From Pseudomonadota bacterium (GTDB lineage: Bacteria; Pseudomonadota; Alphaproteobacteria; Caulobacterales; Parvularculaceae): 64,000 nt of DNA. Where the stretch lies: assembly GCA_038749595.1 (NCBI GenBank), contig JBCDHW010000013.1, forward strand, positions 2,002 through 66,001, read 5' to 3'. The translations under genes and the position numbers were made by a program. This document shows, piece after piece, positions 49,293 to 61,449 of the stretch (within the stretch, counting starts at the first letter, position 1; each line of letters begins with the position of its first letter). The notes under the pieces were generated by a model. That model was not told the DNA's origin and did no database searches. It was given only the letters and a program-made list of their open reading frames with translations.

Positions 49293-50194
49293 GACAGAAA
49301 CCCTTGTTCGAGAACGGGAATGAGAGCTGCTGCTTCATCAGCGCGCCGTGTCGAGCGGCGCCAGACGAGGCCCAGATCACGGCTCGGCGAGGTCCCATCA
49401 GGATCGCGCAGGGGCCGCGTGATCAATCCGTCCGCCATGCCCTGATCGACTGCAAGCTTCGGCAACAGCGTCACCCCCAGGCCCGACTTGACCATCTGCA
49501 CAAGCGTAAAAAGACTCGTAGCCGCGAACGATCCACTACCGCGACGGTCCGATAGTCGGCATGCGGAAAGTGCGTGGTCCCGAAGGCAATGGCCATCCTC
49601 CAAGAGAAGCAAGGGCTCGTCATCAAGGTCCGCGGTCTCGATCACGTCACGTTCCGCGAAAGGATGATCGGGCCGGCACGCAAAAACGAAAGGATCCTCC
49701 GCAAACATCGCGAAGTCCAAACCGTTTAACTCGACGGGAAGTGCCAAAACGGCGATGTCCAACTGATCAGCCCTCAAAAGATCGACGAGATTTGCCGTCA
49801 GGTCTTCGCGCAGGAACAACTTCAAATTCGGAAACGCTTCGTCGATTCCGGCCATCGTCTGCGGTAAGAGAAATGGGCCAATCGTCGGGATCAATCCGAG
49901 GCGGTACTCACCATCGAGCAGCGGCCGATTGGTCGAAGCGGCGCGGACGAGCTCGCGGGCGTCGGCGAGAAGAGCTTCACTGCGCGCCTGAACATCCTCA
50001 CCCGAAGGGGTCAGGGCAAAGCCTTTGGCAGTCCGGTCAACAAGCGCTGCGTCGAGAATCAACTCCAGCTCTTTAATCCCGGACGACAGCGTCGATTGGC
50101 TGACGAAGCAGAGCTCAGCGGCCCGGCTGAACGATTGTGTGCGGCATAGCGCCTCGAAAAACTGCAGTTGGCGGAGGGTGGGGAGGTGTTGCAT
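49289..50194 (-). CDS. oxyR: hydrogen-peroxide-inducible activator OxyR (LysR family)
   Basis: PTLRQL, F.RAAE.CFVSQSTLS.GIKELE, LLLEDGHCLRDHALSAC, ATSL.TLVQMV; divergent from ahpC. The ORF track's longer N-terminus (to 50953) is an antisense extension. Confidence 0.95.
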   Translation of the reverse strand: MQHLPTLRQLQFFEALCRTQSFSRAAELCFVSQSTLSSGIKELELILDAALVDRTAKGFALTPSGEDVQARSEALLADARELVRAASTNRPLLDGEYRLGLIPTIGPFLLPQTMAGIDEAFPNLKLFLREDLTANLVDLLRADQLDIAVLALPVELNGLDFAMFAEDPFVFACRPDHPFAERDVIETADLDDEPLLLLEDGHCLRDHALSACRLSDRRGSGSFAATSLFTLVQMVKSGLGVTLLPKLAVDQGMADGLITRPLRDPDGTSPSRDLGLVWRRSTRRADEAAALIPVLEQGFLS

Positions 50195-50199
50195 GGCAT

Positions 50200-50236
50200 A
50201 TCGATAATTCCGATAGCTCGTCTCGGCAATATCAAT
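50200..50236. promoter_or_regulatory. OxyR-binding tetrad between oxyR and ahpC
   Basis: ATCG-N7-CGAT-N7-CTCG-N7-CAAT versus consensus ATAG-N7-CTAT-N7-ATAG-N7-CTAT. Confidence 0.75.
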
Positions 50237-50326
50237 TTGCTTCGGAGGGAGGATTCGTCCACACGAAGGCCAGTCGGTCACGTGCCGACAGCGTTTTCCC
50301 ATCTCAGTTCCAAAAAGGAGATCCCG

Positions 50327-50872
50327 ATGCTCGGTATTGGTGACCGTATCCCTGATTTTAAAGTCGTCGGCGTGAAGCCGAAGTTTATGCAGATTGAAGA
50401 GAATGGCGAGAGCGCATTCGAGGACATCACGCAGGAGAGCTTCGAAGGGAAATGGAAGGTCATCTATTTCTATCCGAAGGACTTCACGTTTGTGTGTCCG
50501 ACGGAGATTGCTGAATTCGGTCGCCTGGCTGGCGAATTCGACGACCGCGACGCGGTGGTCATGGGCGGATCTACGGACAACGAGTTTTGTAAGCTCGCAT
50601 GGCGCCGCGACCACCCCGACCTGAACGAGCACCCGGCATGGCAATTCGCCGACACGACCGGCAGCTTGGTCGACGGGCTTGGCATCCGGTCTGAAGAAGG
50701 CGTTGCTCTGCGTGCGACCTTTGTTGTCGATCCGCATGGCATCATCCAGCACGTCTACGTCAACAACCTGAACGTTGGCCGGAACCCGCAAGACACGCTC
50801 CGTGTCCTCGATGCTCTGCAAACGGATGAGCTTTGCCCGTGTAATCGTCCGCTCGGCGGCGACACGCTCTAA
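50327..50872 (+). CDS. ahpC: peroxiredoxin AhpC
   Basis: FYPKDFTFVCPTE, NVGRNP...LR.LDALQTDELCPC; RBS AAGGAG. Confidence 0.97.
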   Translation: MLGIGDRIPDFKVVGVKPKFMQIEENGESAFEDITQESFEGKWKVIYFYPKDFTFVCPTEIAEFGRLAGEFDDRDAVVMGGSTDNEFCKLAWRRDHPDLNEHPAWQFADTTGSLVDGLGIRSEEGVALRATFVVDPHGIIQHVYVNNLNVGRNPQDTLRVLDALQTDELCPCNRPLGGDTL

Positions 50873-51009
50873 GACGCGTTCTAAGGCGCCGGTTCGCTCC
50901 TGCCGACCTTTTCTTGCGAACCGGCTGCTCAAAGCGCGAGCCCCTTTGGGCAAGCGCTTCTTACCCTCGGCAGAATTTCATTCCAATTTCAAAACGATGG
51001 AGATGAGCC

Positions 51010-51543
51010 ATGTCGCTCGAGTCCCTGCGCGAGCAGCTCCCCGACTACGCCAAAGACACAAAGCTGAACCTCGGCAATCTGGCTACGGAAGATACCCTCA
51101 CGGATCAACAAAAGTGGGGCACCTTCCTCGCGACAGCATTGGCAAGCCGTAACGCCGACGTCATTCGCGCCATTGCAGCAGAAGCAGAGAGCAAGCTGTC
51201 ACCCGAAGCGATGCGCGGCGCCAAAGCGGCCGCAGGCATCATGGCGATGAACAACATCTATTACCGCTTCGGTCACGAGGCCGCGAACGATGTGTACAAG
51301 ACGCTACCAGCGAAGCTCCGTATGACGATCATCGGTAATCCCGGCGTCGACAAAGTAGACTTTGAACTTTGGTCGCTCGCCGTCTCATCGATCAACGGCT
51401 GTTTCATGTGCGTCAACGCCCACGAAGACGTCGTCCGCAAAGGCGGGATGACCACGGAGCAAATCCAAGCGTCGGTGAGGATCGCCGCAGTCGTCCATGC
51501 AGCGAGCGCTATTCTCGAAGGCGAGGCCGCGCTCGCGGGCTAA
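51010..51543 (+). CDS. ahpD: alkylhydroperoxidase AhpD
   Basis: [36 protein letters not shown]. Confidence 0.95.
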   Translation: MSLESLREQLPDYAKDTKLNLGNLATEDTLTDQQKWGTFLATALASRNADVIRAIAAEAESKLSPEAMRGAKAAAGIMAMNNIYYRFGHEAANDVYKTLPAKLRMTIIGNPGVDKVDFELWSLAVSSINGCFMCVNAHEDVVRKGGMTTEQIQASVRIAAVVHAASAILEGEAALAG

Positions 51544-51611
51544 ATCGCGAGGCCCTTTTCACAGGCCTTTGAGGCTCCTACGCTATCGGAAAAGCGTTGG
51601 GAGCCTTTTTT

Positions 51612-52067
51612 ATGTTCGCGTTGATTGCCGTCCTCGCCGCCTCGATCCAGACGACGGCGTTGGAGCAGAGTTTTCTGAGCTGCGCAGAAATTCGTAACGA
51701 TAAGAGACGCTTAGAATGCTATGACGCCACGGCATCAACGATCCAGCGCACGGCAAAAGAGCGGGCAGAGGAAAAGGCAGAGAAAGCCGTCTCGCAATTT
51801 GGGATCGCGCAGCCCAAACCTGAAGTGGTCCCTCTCGAACGGCTCGAGCTCAAGGTGGCAAGCGCCGAGCTGAATTCTTCCGGATACTTGGTTTTGACGT
51901 TTGAGAACGGCCAAGTCTGGCGTCAGGTGGGGTCGACGGGCACCCCCTTCCGGCGTGCCCAATTCAAAAAAATGAAGTCCGCCACAATTATCGCCCGAGC
52001 ACGCGGCCCCCACCGGATCGAGGTCGAGCCGCTTGGCAGAGGCTTTAAGGCGCGACGAGTTCAGTGA
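51612..52067 (+). CDS. hypothetical secreted protein
   Basis: signal peptide, C..I.ND.RRLECYD motif, F.NGQVWRQ. Confidence 0.7.
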   Translation: MFALIAVLAASIQTTALEQSFLSCAEIRNDKRRLECYDATASTIQRTAKERAEEKAEKAVSQFGIAQPKPEVVPLERLELKVASAELNSSGYLVLTFENGQVWRQVGSTGTPFRRAQFKKMKSATIIARARGPHRIEVEPLGRGFKARRVQ

Positions 52068-52180
52068 GCGTGCCCATGCCACTGATTGCGAGCTGCGCAG
52101 CGAAGGTGAGTGGCCCCTGCGCGTGAGCGGTCGCGCCAAGGGCAAACAAAACCGCTAAGATCGTCAGTATACTCGGACGT

Positions 52181-52765
52181 TTAGTCACCGACAGCTCTCA
52201 GGAACGGGTTGTACGGACGGCTGTCATCTGTCTGGAGCGACTCCATGCGGCGGCGTGGTGCCTCCGCTTCTGGCGCTAGCTCAGCCCATAGCTCATCGAG
52301 GGGATCGCGCGGTGTTTCAACGCGTTTGTCCTCGTGACGACGCTCCATCGAGGCTTTGAGTTCCAAAGCTTTCGTCAGCGACTGGATCTCCATCTCCGCC
52401 TTCCGGACAAGCGGCGTGAGCGCTTGCTCCGTCAGCTGACGTGCTTCCTTACACCGGCGCAATTGCAGACCCATTTGCCCGTCCATGGCATCGAGCAGAT
52501 CGTCAATTTCAACCCGGCGGGTTTTAAGATCAGCATAGCGATTATCTAGGTTGACCACCGCCTCCGCAAGCTCATCGCGGAGCGCTACGGACGCATCTTG
52601 GGATGACTTTACCGCTTGATTCAATTCGGTAATTGCTTTCCCCACCCCACCATCAAGGGTTTGAAGTTGCCTCAACGCGCGTTGGATCCGCATGCAGTAA
52701 AGCACCGTCCCCAGACAAGCAAACAATAGGATAGCATCCGTATACAGTTGAAAATTTCCGGTCAT
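52181..52765 (-). CDS. flagellar-cluster-associated hypothetical protein (N-terminal TM plus coiled coil)
   Basis: hydrophobic N-terminus, heptad-rich body; 7 nt downstream of fliL. Confidence 0.7.
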   Translation of the reverse strand: MTGNFQLYTDAILLFACLGTVLYCMRIQRALRQLQTLDGGVGKAITELNQAVKSSQDASVALRDELAEAVVNLDNRYADLKTRRVEIDDLLDAMDGQMGLQLRRCKEARQLTEQALTPLVRKAEMEIQSLTKALELKASMERRHEDKRVETPRDPLDELWAELAPEAEAPRRRMESLQTDDSRPYNPFLRAVGD

Positions 52766-52771
52766 GTAGCC

Positions 52772-53347
52772 TCACAGGACAATCAGTTCAGTGATAAAAA
52801 CATCACGCACTTCTGGACCAAGCGCATCGACTGCCGCATCGCGGAGAACATCACGCAACGCATCTATTCCGCCTGGCTTCCTCAACGTCTCAGCCTCAAC
52901 GCTTTGAAGCGCTGAAATAAACGCGTGCCGCACCCGCTGCCGTGTTCCGTCTCCGTACACGTCAGGCGCCATCTCGATACTCACCTGCATCCGTAGCCGA
53001 GGCACCGATCGCCCTTGCGGTGTGCCAGCCAAAAGGGAAACGACCATCGGTTCGAGATCGATAAGATCGCTTTTCTTATCGCCCTTCCCTTTCTTAGCCT
53101 TCTTCAGCTTTCCTTTTTTCGCGGGAGCTTCGTACGCTTCCTCAGCGACGTATTCTTCCGCAGACGTATCGTCCATCATCTCGGCGGATGCAGCCGAAGC
53201 ATCGCCTCCGTCCGTCAGCATAGGCAGAGCAAGGGTGACCCCCGCACCGCCAACCGCCGCCGCCAACACACCCGCGATCGCCACCTTCACCAAAGGGAAC
53301 TTCTTTGATTGAGGGGGATCAAACAGTCCGTGATCATCAGGGCCCAC
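52772..53347 (-). CDS. fliL: flagellar basal-body-associated protein FliL
   Basis: single TM, DLEP.VVSL, LR.QV.IE, C-terminal V.DVFITELIVL; divergent from fliF. Confidence 0.82.
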   Translation of the reverse strand: MGPDDHGLFDPPQSKKFPLVKVAIAGVLAAAVGGAGVTLALPMLTDGGDASAASAEMMDDTSAEEYVAEEAYEAPAKKGKLKKAKKGKGDKKSDLIDLEPMVVSLLAGTPQGRSVPRLRMQVSIEMAPDVYGDGTRQRVRHAFISALQSVEAETLRKPGGIDALRDVLRDAAVDALGPEVRDVFITELIVL

Positions 53348-53388
53348 AGCAACCTCCCGTTCATCTGCCGCCCTTATTGCAATCTATG

Positions 53389-53404
53389 GTAAAGACTCTG
53401 TTAA
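53389..53404. promoter_or_regulatory. near-consensus CtrA box in the fliL/fliF intergenic region
   Basis: minus strand TTAA-CAGAGTC-TTTAC, one mismatch to TTAA-N7-TTAAC. Confidence 0.6.
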
Positions 53405-53447
53405 GGCTTCACTGACCAAAACGACCTCTGGTTGAAGGCGTGAGGGT

Positions 53448-54959
53448 ATGACGCAACTTCTAGAACGCTTAAAAGAAATGAGCTCGCGGCAGCAGATCAT
53501 CGCTGCCGGCGGGGTTATCGTCACAATTTTCGTCTTGGTGCTGATGCTTCACATGGCGACCGCGAAGAAGATGGCGCTGCTCTACAGTGGCCTGGACGAA
53601 GCGGCTGCAGGTGAAGTGATCGCCGCACTCGATGCTGAAGGCATAGAGTATGATGTACGCGGCCGAAGTCTCTTTGTGCCTGAGACAATGCGCGACCGGC
53701 TGCGCTTGATGCTGGCGCAACAGGACCTACCGAGCCCCGGGTCGCAAGGCTATGAGCTTCTTGATAATCTCGACGGATTTTCAACGACTTCTGAGATGTT
53801 CTCCGTCACCTACTGGCGCGCCAAGGAAGGTGAATTGGCCCGTACACTGATGACGATGCCCGGGATTAAAGCGGCACGCGTGCACATCGGTGCAGAAGAT
53901 CGCGGCGCCTTTTCACGGAGAAATCGTCAGCGTACAGCGTCGGTTACCGTGACCGCACCCGGCGGGCTGGACGATGCGCAGGTGAAAGCCATTCGGTATA
54001 TGACTGCGCTCGCCGTCCCCGACCTTCCGGCCAGTGAAGTTGCCGTGATCGATACGGCACGAGGCTTACTGACGAGTTCTGGCAATCTGCCCAACCTTAA
54101 CGAAAACCGTCGTGCCGAAGCGCTCGAGGCGGACCTTCTGCAGCTGCTGGAAGCGCGCGTTGGTCGAGGCAACGCTCGGGTGACGGTGGCCATGGATGTG
54201 ACACGCCGTCGTGAAGCCATCCAGGCACGGGAGATCGATCCCGAAAGCCGTGTCGTGACGGACAGTATGCGCGAGGAGATGCAGTCTACGGAGCAAGGAA
54301 CCGACCGTGCCGTGACGATCGCATCCGATCTTCCCGACGGAGAAGACACCGGGAACGAGCGCAGTGCGCAGAGCAACGAAACTCGTGAAGAAGTTTCCTA
54401 CGCCGTAAGCACGACAGACCGGACGATCGAAGTGCTTCCTGGTGCTATCGAGCGACTATCCGTAGCCGTTCTTCTGAATGAAGTGGTTGGCGAGGACGGC
54501 GTCGTCATTCCTCGGACAGCGGATGAAATACAGGCGCTCGAAAGTCTTGTACGGGCTGCTGCAGGCATCGACGAGTCCCGCGGTGACAGCATGATCGTCC
54601 GCTCACTCCCCTTTGATCAGCCTGAAATAATTGATGAAACACCCGATCCCAGTTGGACCGAAACCCTCGTGTCTGATCGGTTGATCGAAACCGCCGTTCT
54701 CGGAGCAATTTTACTGCTCTTCGGCCTTTTCGTCCTCCGCCCAATTTTCACATCGCAAGGGTCGGCCGGCGCTGAGCCACTCGTTCTCGCGGAAGCCTTG
54801 GACGGCGGTGAGGTGCCGGCGTTCCTCGCCGATGGTGCGATGGCACCCGTAGCGAGCGGCGATCCCGTCATGCTCCTCCGTGATCGGAGTGCGGAGAAAC
54901 AAGAAGCCGCAGCCACTCTTTTAAATGCCTGGCTTGATGAAAGTGAGACGCCCGCATGA
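53448..54959 (+). CDS. fliF: flagellar M-ring protein FliF
   Basis: LYSGL, R.RL.LA...LP.....GYELLD, YWRAKEGELART, RLSVAVLLN; two TM segments. Confidence 0.95.
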   Translation: MTQLLERLKEMSSRQQIIAAGGVIVTIFVLVLMLHMATAKKMALLYSGLDEAAAGEVIAALDAEGIEYDVRGRSLFVPETMRDRLRLMLAQQDLPSPGSQGYELLDNLDGFSTTSEMFSVTYWRAKEGELARTLMTMPGIKAARVHIGAEDRGAFSRRNRQRTASVTVTAPGGLDDAQVKAIRYMTALAVPDLPASEVAVIDTARGLLTSSGNLPNLNENRRAEALEADLLQLLEARVGRGNARVTVAMDVTRRREAIQAREIDPESRVVTDSMREEMQSTEQGTDRAVTIASDLPDGEDTGNERSAQSNETREEVSYAVSTTDRTIEVLPGAIERLSVAVLLNEVVGEDGVVIPRTADEIQALESLVRAAAGIDESRGDSMIVRSLPFDQPEIIDETPDPSWTETLVSDRLIETAVLGAILLLFGLFVLRPIFTSQGSAGAEPLVLAEALDGGEVPAFLADGAMAPVASGDPVMLLRDRSAEKQEAAATLLNAWLDESETPA

Positions 54960-55231
54960 ATGAACAACTCCCTCAACCGCAAGTATCCCTACCACCCGTT
55001 CTGTCCGGACTAACGATCGAAATTTCTGTCCGTGTCGGGACCAGTGAGGTCACGCTGGAAGAGCTAACACAACTGACGCAAGGCTCGGTGGTGACATTGA
55101 AAGAAAGCGCCGAACGGCCTCTCGATCTGTGTGCGAACGGCCGGGTGATTGCACGGGGCGAGCTCGAGGAAACCGAAGACGGAACGGGCTTGGCGCTGCG
55201 CATAACGGAGACGTGCGGAACAGGCTTATGA
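54956..55231 (+). CDS. fliN: flagellar motor switch protein FliN (SpoA domain)
   Basis: IEISVRVG.....L.EL..L..GSVV.L......PLDL.ANG..IARGEL. Confidence 0.88.
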   Translation: MNEQLPQPQVSLPPVLSGLTIEISVRVGTSEVTLEELTQLTQGSVVTLKESAERPLDLCANGRVIARGELEETEDGTGLALRITETCGTGL

Positions 55232-55980
55232 GCCGTCTGGCGATTTTAATCGCTCTGGCGCTCATCGCCGTCGGTACCTCTCCAGCGACGGCGCAAGAAC
55301 GTCCCGAAGCGCCCAGTGCCGAGGTCGAGAACTTTCTCGACGACACCACATCTCTTCGCCAAGCGATCATCCCCACGCTGGGTTTAATCACCCTGCTGAG
55401 TATCGCGCCGGGTATCTTGATGATGGTGACGTGTTTTCCCTTCATCGCGATCGTGTTTTCGTTTCTCCGGCAGGCCATGGGCTTGCAAACAGCACCGCCC
55501 GCTATGATGCTGACAAGTCTCGCGATTTTCCTAACCTACTTCATCATGGAGCCTGTCTTTTCTGACGCTTGGGAGGTCGGCATCAAACCAGCACTTGCAG
55601 GGGATACGGACGAAGTCACCGCTCTCGCAGAGGCGAGCGTGCCTTTCCGCACGTTCATGGAGACCCGCGTGTCCGAGGAAACGCTCTTCCGGCTGGCGGA
55701 CGCGATCGATCGTCCCATCGCCAACGTCGAGGACGCCGATCTCAGCCTTATGGTCCCGTCGTTTATGCTGTCTGAGGTGACGCGCGCGTTCCAAGTGGGC
55801 TTTGCGATTTTCCTCCCCTTCCTGATTATCGATCTCGTCGTCGCGTCGGTCTTGATGGCGATGGGGATGATGATGGTTCCGCCGACGGTGGTCGCGCTCC
55901 CATTCAAGCTCGCATTCTTCGTACTCGCGGATGGCTGGGTACGGATCACTGAAGCATTATTACGAGGATACATTCCATGA
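55228..55980 (+). CDS. fliP: flagellar export gate protein FliP
   Basis: TLLSIAPGIL.MVT.F, LGLQT.PP, PSFMLSE...AFQ.GF.IFLPFLIIDLVVAS.LMAMGMMMVPP. Confidence 0.97.
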   Translation: MSRLAILIALALIAVGTSPATAQERPEAPSAEVENFLDDTTSLRQAIIPTLGLITLLSIAPGILMMVTCFPFIAIVFSFLRQAMGLQTAPPAMMLTSLAIFLTYFIMEPVFSDAWEVGIKPALAGDTDEVTALAEASVPFRTFMETRVSEETLFRLADAIDRPIANVEDADLSLMVPSFMLSEVTRAFQVGFAIFLPFLIIDLVVASVLMAMGMMMVPPTVVALPFKLAFFVLADGWVRITEALLRGYIP

Positions 55981-57050
55981 CTGATCTGGCTCCCGCGGAA
56001 CCGACGACGCTGCCGATGGTGCTCACCGGCCCTGAACGGGCTGCGATCATTCTTTCGCTGCTCGAGCCCGACGTCGCGCGAAGCATTGCCGAAAGGTTTG
56101 ATGTCGGACGAACCGAACGTGCCATCACCGCGTTTGAAAACTTACCGATGGTTGGGCGCAATGATCTGATGGCAGTCATTGATTCATACCTTGATGCGTT
56201 GGACGGAGATATTCCTCTTGTTGCGGGAGGGCAATTGCGGGCCAGCGAGCTCGCGCGTGCTCTGGAGCCGCCGATGATGGATTTCGCATCACCGTTCACG
56301 GACGATGCGCCTGCTCAAGGGTCACTCGATGATGACGCCGACGCCGAGGCGGTGTGGACCTATGTGCGTGCGCTGGACCCGGAAAAACTCGGAGCGCTGC
56401 TGATCAGCGAGCGCGCGTCCATCATTAGCGCGGTGGTGCAGCAGCTTGAGCGCGACAGCGCCAGCGCCGTGTTGGCCGCCTTACCCGTTGAAAAGGCTGG
56501 CGATGTTGCGCGTATGATGATCGCGGGACGCAAACCCAGTGCACAGACGTATGACGCGATCGCTGAGTCGCTCCGCCGCTCAGCACCCGGACGACTGGCT
56601 GAAGGTGGCGGCGCTACAGGCTTCGTGCCCGAGCACGTGGCGGGGATCTTCAACAGGCTCCCTGCCGCGCAACAAGAGGCTATCTTGGAGCCGATCCGTC
56701 CTGATATGCCCGAGGAAATGGCAGCGCTCGACGAGCACCTGCTGAACTTCCCTAACCTTGAGGCACGCCTGCCTAAAACGATCGTACCCACCCTATTCCG
56801 GGAGATGGATAAGGACATTCTCGATGCAGCGCTCGGCCACGCGCTGAAGCATAAGCCGCACGTTGCAGAGTTCCTTCTGTCGAGCATTTCACAGCGGCTT
56901 GCCGAGCAAATCCGAGAGCGCATTGCTGAGCGACCACCGCAAAGCGACGCCGACGGTGAGAACGCTCAAGCCGAAATTATGAAGCGCTTGATCGCGTGGG
57001 AAGAGGAAGGGCGCTTTGCCTTCAAACTTCTCGACAGCGCCGTGTCCTGA
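55977..57050 (+). CDS. fliG: flagellar motor switch protein FliG (divergent)
   Basis: LTGPERAAIIL..L, L..E....I..V...L, A.IFN.L, FLLS.IS.RLAEQIRE, AQ.EI. Confidence 0.85.
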   Translation: MTDLAPAEPTTLPMVLTGPERAAIILSLLEPDVARSIAERFDVGRTERAITAFENLPMVGRNDLMAVIDSYLDALDGDIPLVAGGQLRASELARALEPPMMDFASPFTDDAPAQGSLDDDADAEAVWTYVRALDPEKLGALLISERASIISAVVQQLERDSASAVLAALPVEKAGDVARMMIAGRKPSAQTYDAIAESLRRSAPGRLAEGGGATGFVPEHVAGIFNRLPAAQQEAILEPIRPDMPEEMAALDEHLLNFPNLEARLPKTIVPTLFREMDKDILDAALGHALKHKPHVAEFLLSSISQRLAEQIRERIAERPPQSDADGENAQAEIMKRLIAWEEEGRFAFKLLDSAVS

Positions 57051-57108
57051 TCGTTTCTACTCTTCCCTTCACGGCGTGTGCGCACCAGCAGTGCCGTCGG
57101 CGTTTCGC

Positions 57109-57369
57109 TTAGGCCAGGCCCACGATGCCAGTGGCCGAGGTCCCCGTACTGCGCACGCGTGTTGCGAGTACAGCATACTGAACACCAGGCTGAAGAGCCG
57201 GAAGCGTCACGGTATCGCCGCCGGTCGTAATGATAGAGACGTCACCTGCGGCAGCGACCATCAGACCACGGATCGCAAAGGTGAGATCGTTGCTGTCCGA
57301 AGGCGAGATCGCAGCGGCACGGGAGGGTGGGCTTTCCAAGCCCGTTTGATAGGTGGCGAGATCAGTCAT
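57109..57369 (-). CDS. spike-base protein of the RcGTA Rcc01079 type (GTA head-spike base homolog)
   Basis: AAAISPSD.NDL....R.LMV.AAGDV......G.TVT......G.......RV.STGT.ATGIVGL pattern, ~86 aa. Confidence 0.75.
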   Translation of the reverse strand: MTDLATYQTGLESPPSRAAAISPSDSNDLTFAIRGLMVAAAGDVSIITTGGDTVTLPALQPGVQYAVLATRVRSTGTSATGIVGLA

Positions 57370-57524
57370 GAGACCATCCAAAGTTGCTTACCGATCGCAT
57401 GATACCTGACCGGCACCCGCCGTGCATAAGTCTAGAACGCGCGCTGCATTCCTTGGTGAAATCAAGACTTTCGCGTCCACGCATCGATGCTATACCTGCG
57501 CGTGAGATCAGTGTGGGGGAAGTT

Positions 57525-57992
57525 ATGATGATCACGCGTTTAGCGATTGGCGCTCTCGCTTTAGGCGGCGCAGCCGTGGCGGAAGAAGCCGAAATTGTTC
57601 GCGTCAATCCAACCTCGCTTGCAGCTTTTCTGCAAAGCGAAGGGTACCGCGCCAAGATGATTGCGGACGACGACGGCGGGCCGGCGACGATCCAAACTTC
57701 GTCTTCGGGTTGGGATTTCTACATTGACTTCGTCGATTGCGAAGGCGGCGCGTGTGGGCGCATCAGCTTCTTCGCCTCGTTCAACATGGAAGACTCAGAA
57801 GGGATCGACCTCGCGAAAGTCAACGAATGGAACTTCTCCCAGTGGGGGCAAGTGTCGCTAGACGACGAAAACGACCCGAGAATTGAGTTCCTCTTCAACA
57901 CCGAAGGCGGCACCACGCGCGATGCGTTGCTCGACACAATCGAACTCTATGCCGGCCAACTTGGACGGTTTGCTGAGTTTATCGACTTCTGA
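57525..57992 (+). CDS. YbjN domain protein with signal peptide
   Basis: L...GY.A, F...F..C....C..I.F...F, VN.WN......VSLD.E.DP. Confidence 0.82.
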   Translation: MMITRLAIGALALGGAAVAEEAEIVRVNPTSLAAFLQSEGYRAKMIADDDGGPATIQTSSSGWDFYIDFVDCEGGACGRISFFASFNMEDSEGIDLAKVNEWNFSQWGQVSLDDENDPRIEFLFNTEGGTTRDALLDTIELYAGQLGRFAEFIDF

Positions 57993-58019
57993 CGACGCTC
58001 GGCTCGCCCTCGCACTGGA

Positions 58020-58457
58020 CTACTCAGTCTTGAAAGCGCACCCAACGCTCGGCACCGCTTGCCGCCTTTGTTTCTTCATGCAGACGTCAACCGTTTCGCG
58101 GCCAGGTTGATCTTGGGACGGATCACTCCCAGTGAACTCACTGCGCCAGTACGATGTCCTAATCGTATCGCCCTTCGTAGCGCCGAGCAGTGCAGTCGTA
58201 ATCACCCAGCCGACGTGGTTTGAGTACTGACAAACCGCGGCACCATTCTCGTCGAGCGGCACGAACTTTGCTTGAGCGGTAAGCACCGTGTCCGGATATT
58301 GTCGTTGAACCCGGGCGCCTGGCCCTTCGGTATAGTTGGGCCATTCCGAAGCGCTTCCCGAAACGAACGCCGCCTGCGCGTCAGACGCGCTAGGACAGGT
58401 CCCATCGGGCTGCAAAAACGAAAGCGCTAAAGCCGCCGCTACGAGATTAGTCATCAC
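58020..58457 (-). CDS. hypothetical secreted Cys-containing protein
   Basis: signal peptide, four Cys (TCPS, VCQY, VCM, GCAF). Confidence 0.65.
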   Translation of the reverse strand: MMTNLVAAALALSFLQPDGTCPSASDAQAAFVSGSASEWPNYTEGPGARVQRQYPDTVLTAQAKFVPLDENGAAVCQYSNHVGWVITTALLGATKGDTIRTSYWRSEFTGSDPSQDQPGRETVDVCMKKQRRQAVPSVGCAFKTE

Positions 58458-58495
58458 TCAAGAACCTTTTTCTGGAGACTTCCAACGCCTACTGA

Positions 58496-61284
<2,789 letters not shown>

Positions 61285-61368
61285 CGCCGTTCCTCCGCCG
61301 GTCTTAACCGGATCAGGTTCTAAGGGTGCGTCTCAACCGGACCCGTGTCCGGTGCCCCTCGGCAGGAA
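61285..61368 (-). promoter_or_regulatory. TPP riboswitch
   Basis: minus strand GCCG-AGGGG...TTGAGA...ACCCTTAGAACCTGATCCGGTTAAGACCGGCGGAGGAA-CGGC-GATG; upstream of thiC; SD (GGAGGA) lies in the 3' arm. Confidence 0.93.
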
Positions 61369-61449
61369 GTGGAGTTAGCCCCTCACTGCGGCAAACGCAA
61401 TTCAAGGGTGCAGGAGGTCAGTGTTGGCGGTCGGCCGCGATGCCCGACC

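Noticed and set aside
50195-50953. N-terminal extension making OxyR 554 aa
   Set aside because: The extension is antisense to ahpC; the LysR HTH begins at Met 50194
55977-57050. fliG as a pseudogene because of its divergence
   Set aside because: Full-length intact ORF with N, M and C domains, coupled to fliP; no frameshift or internal stop
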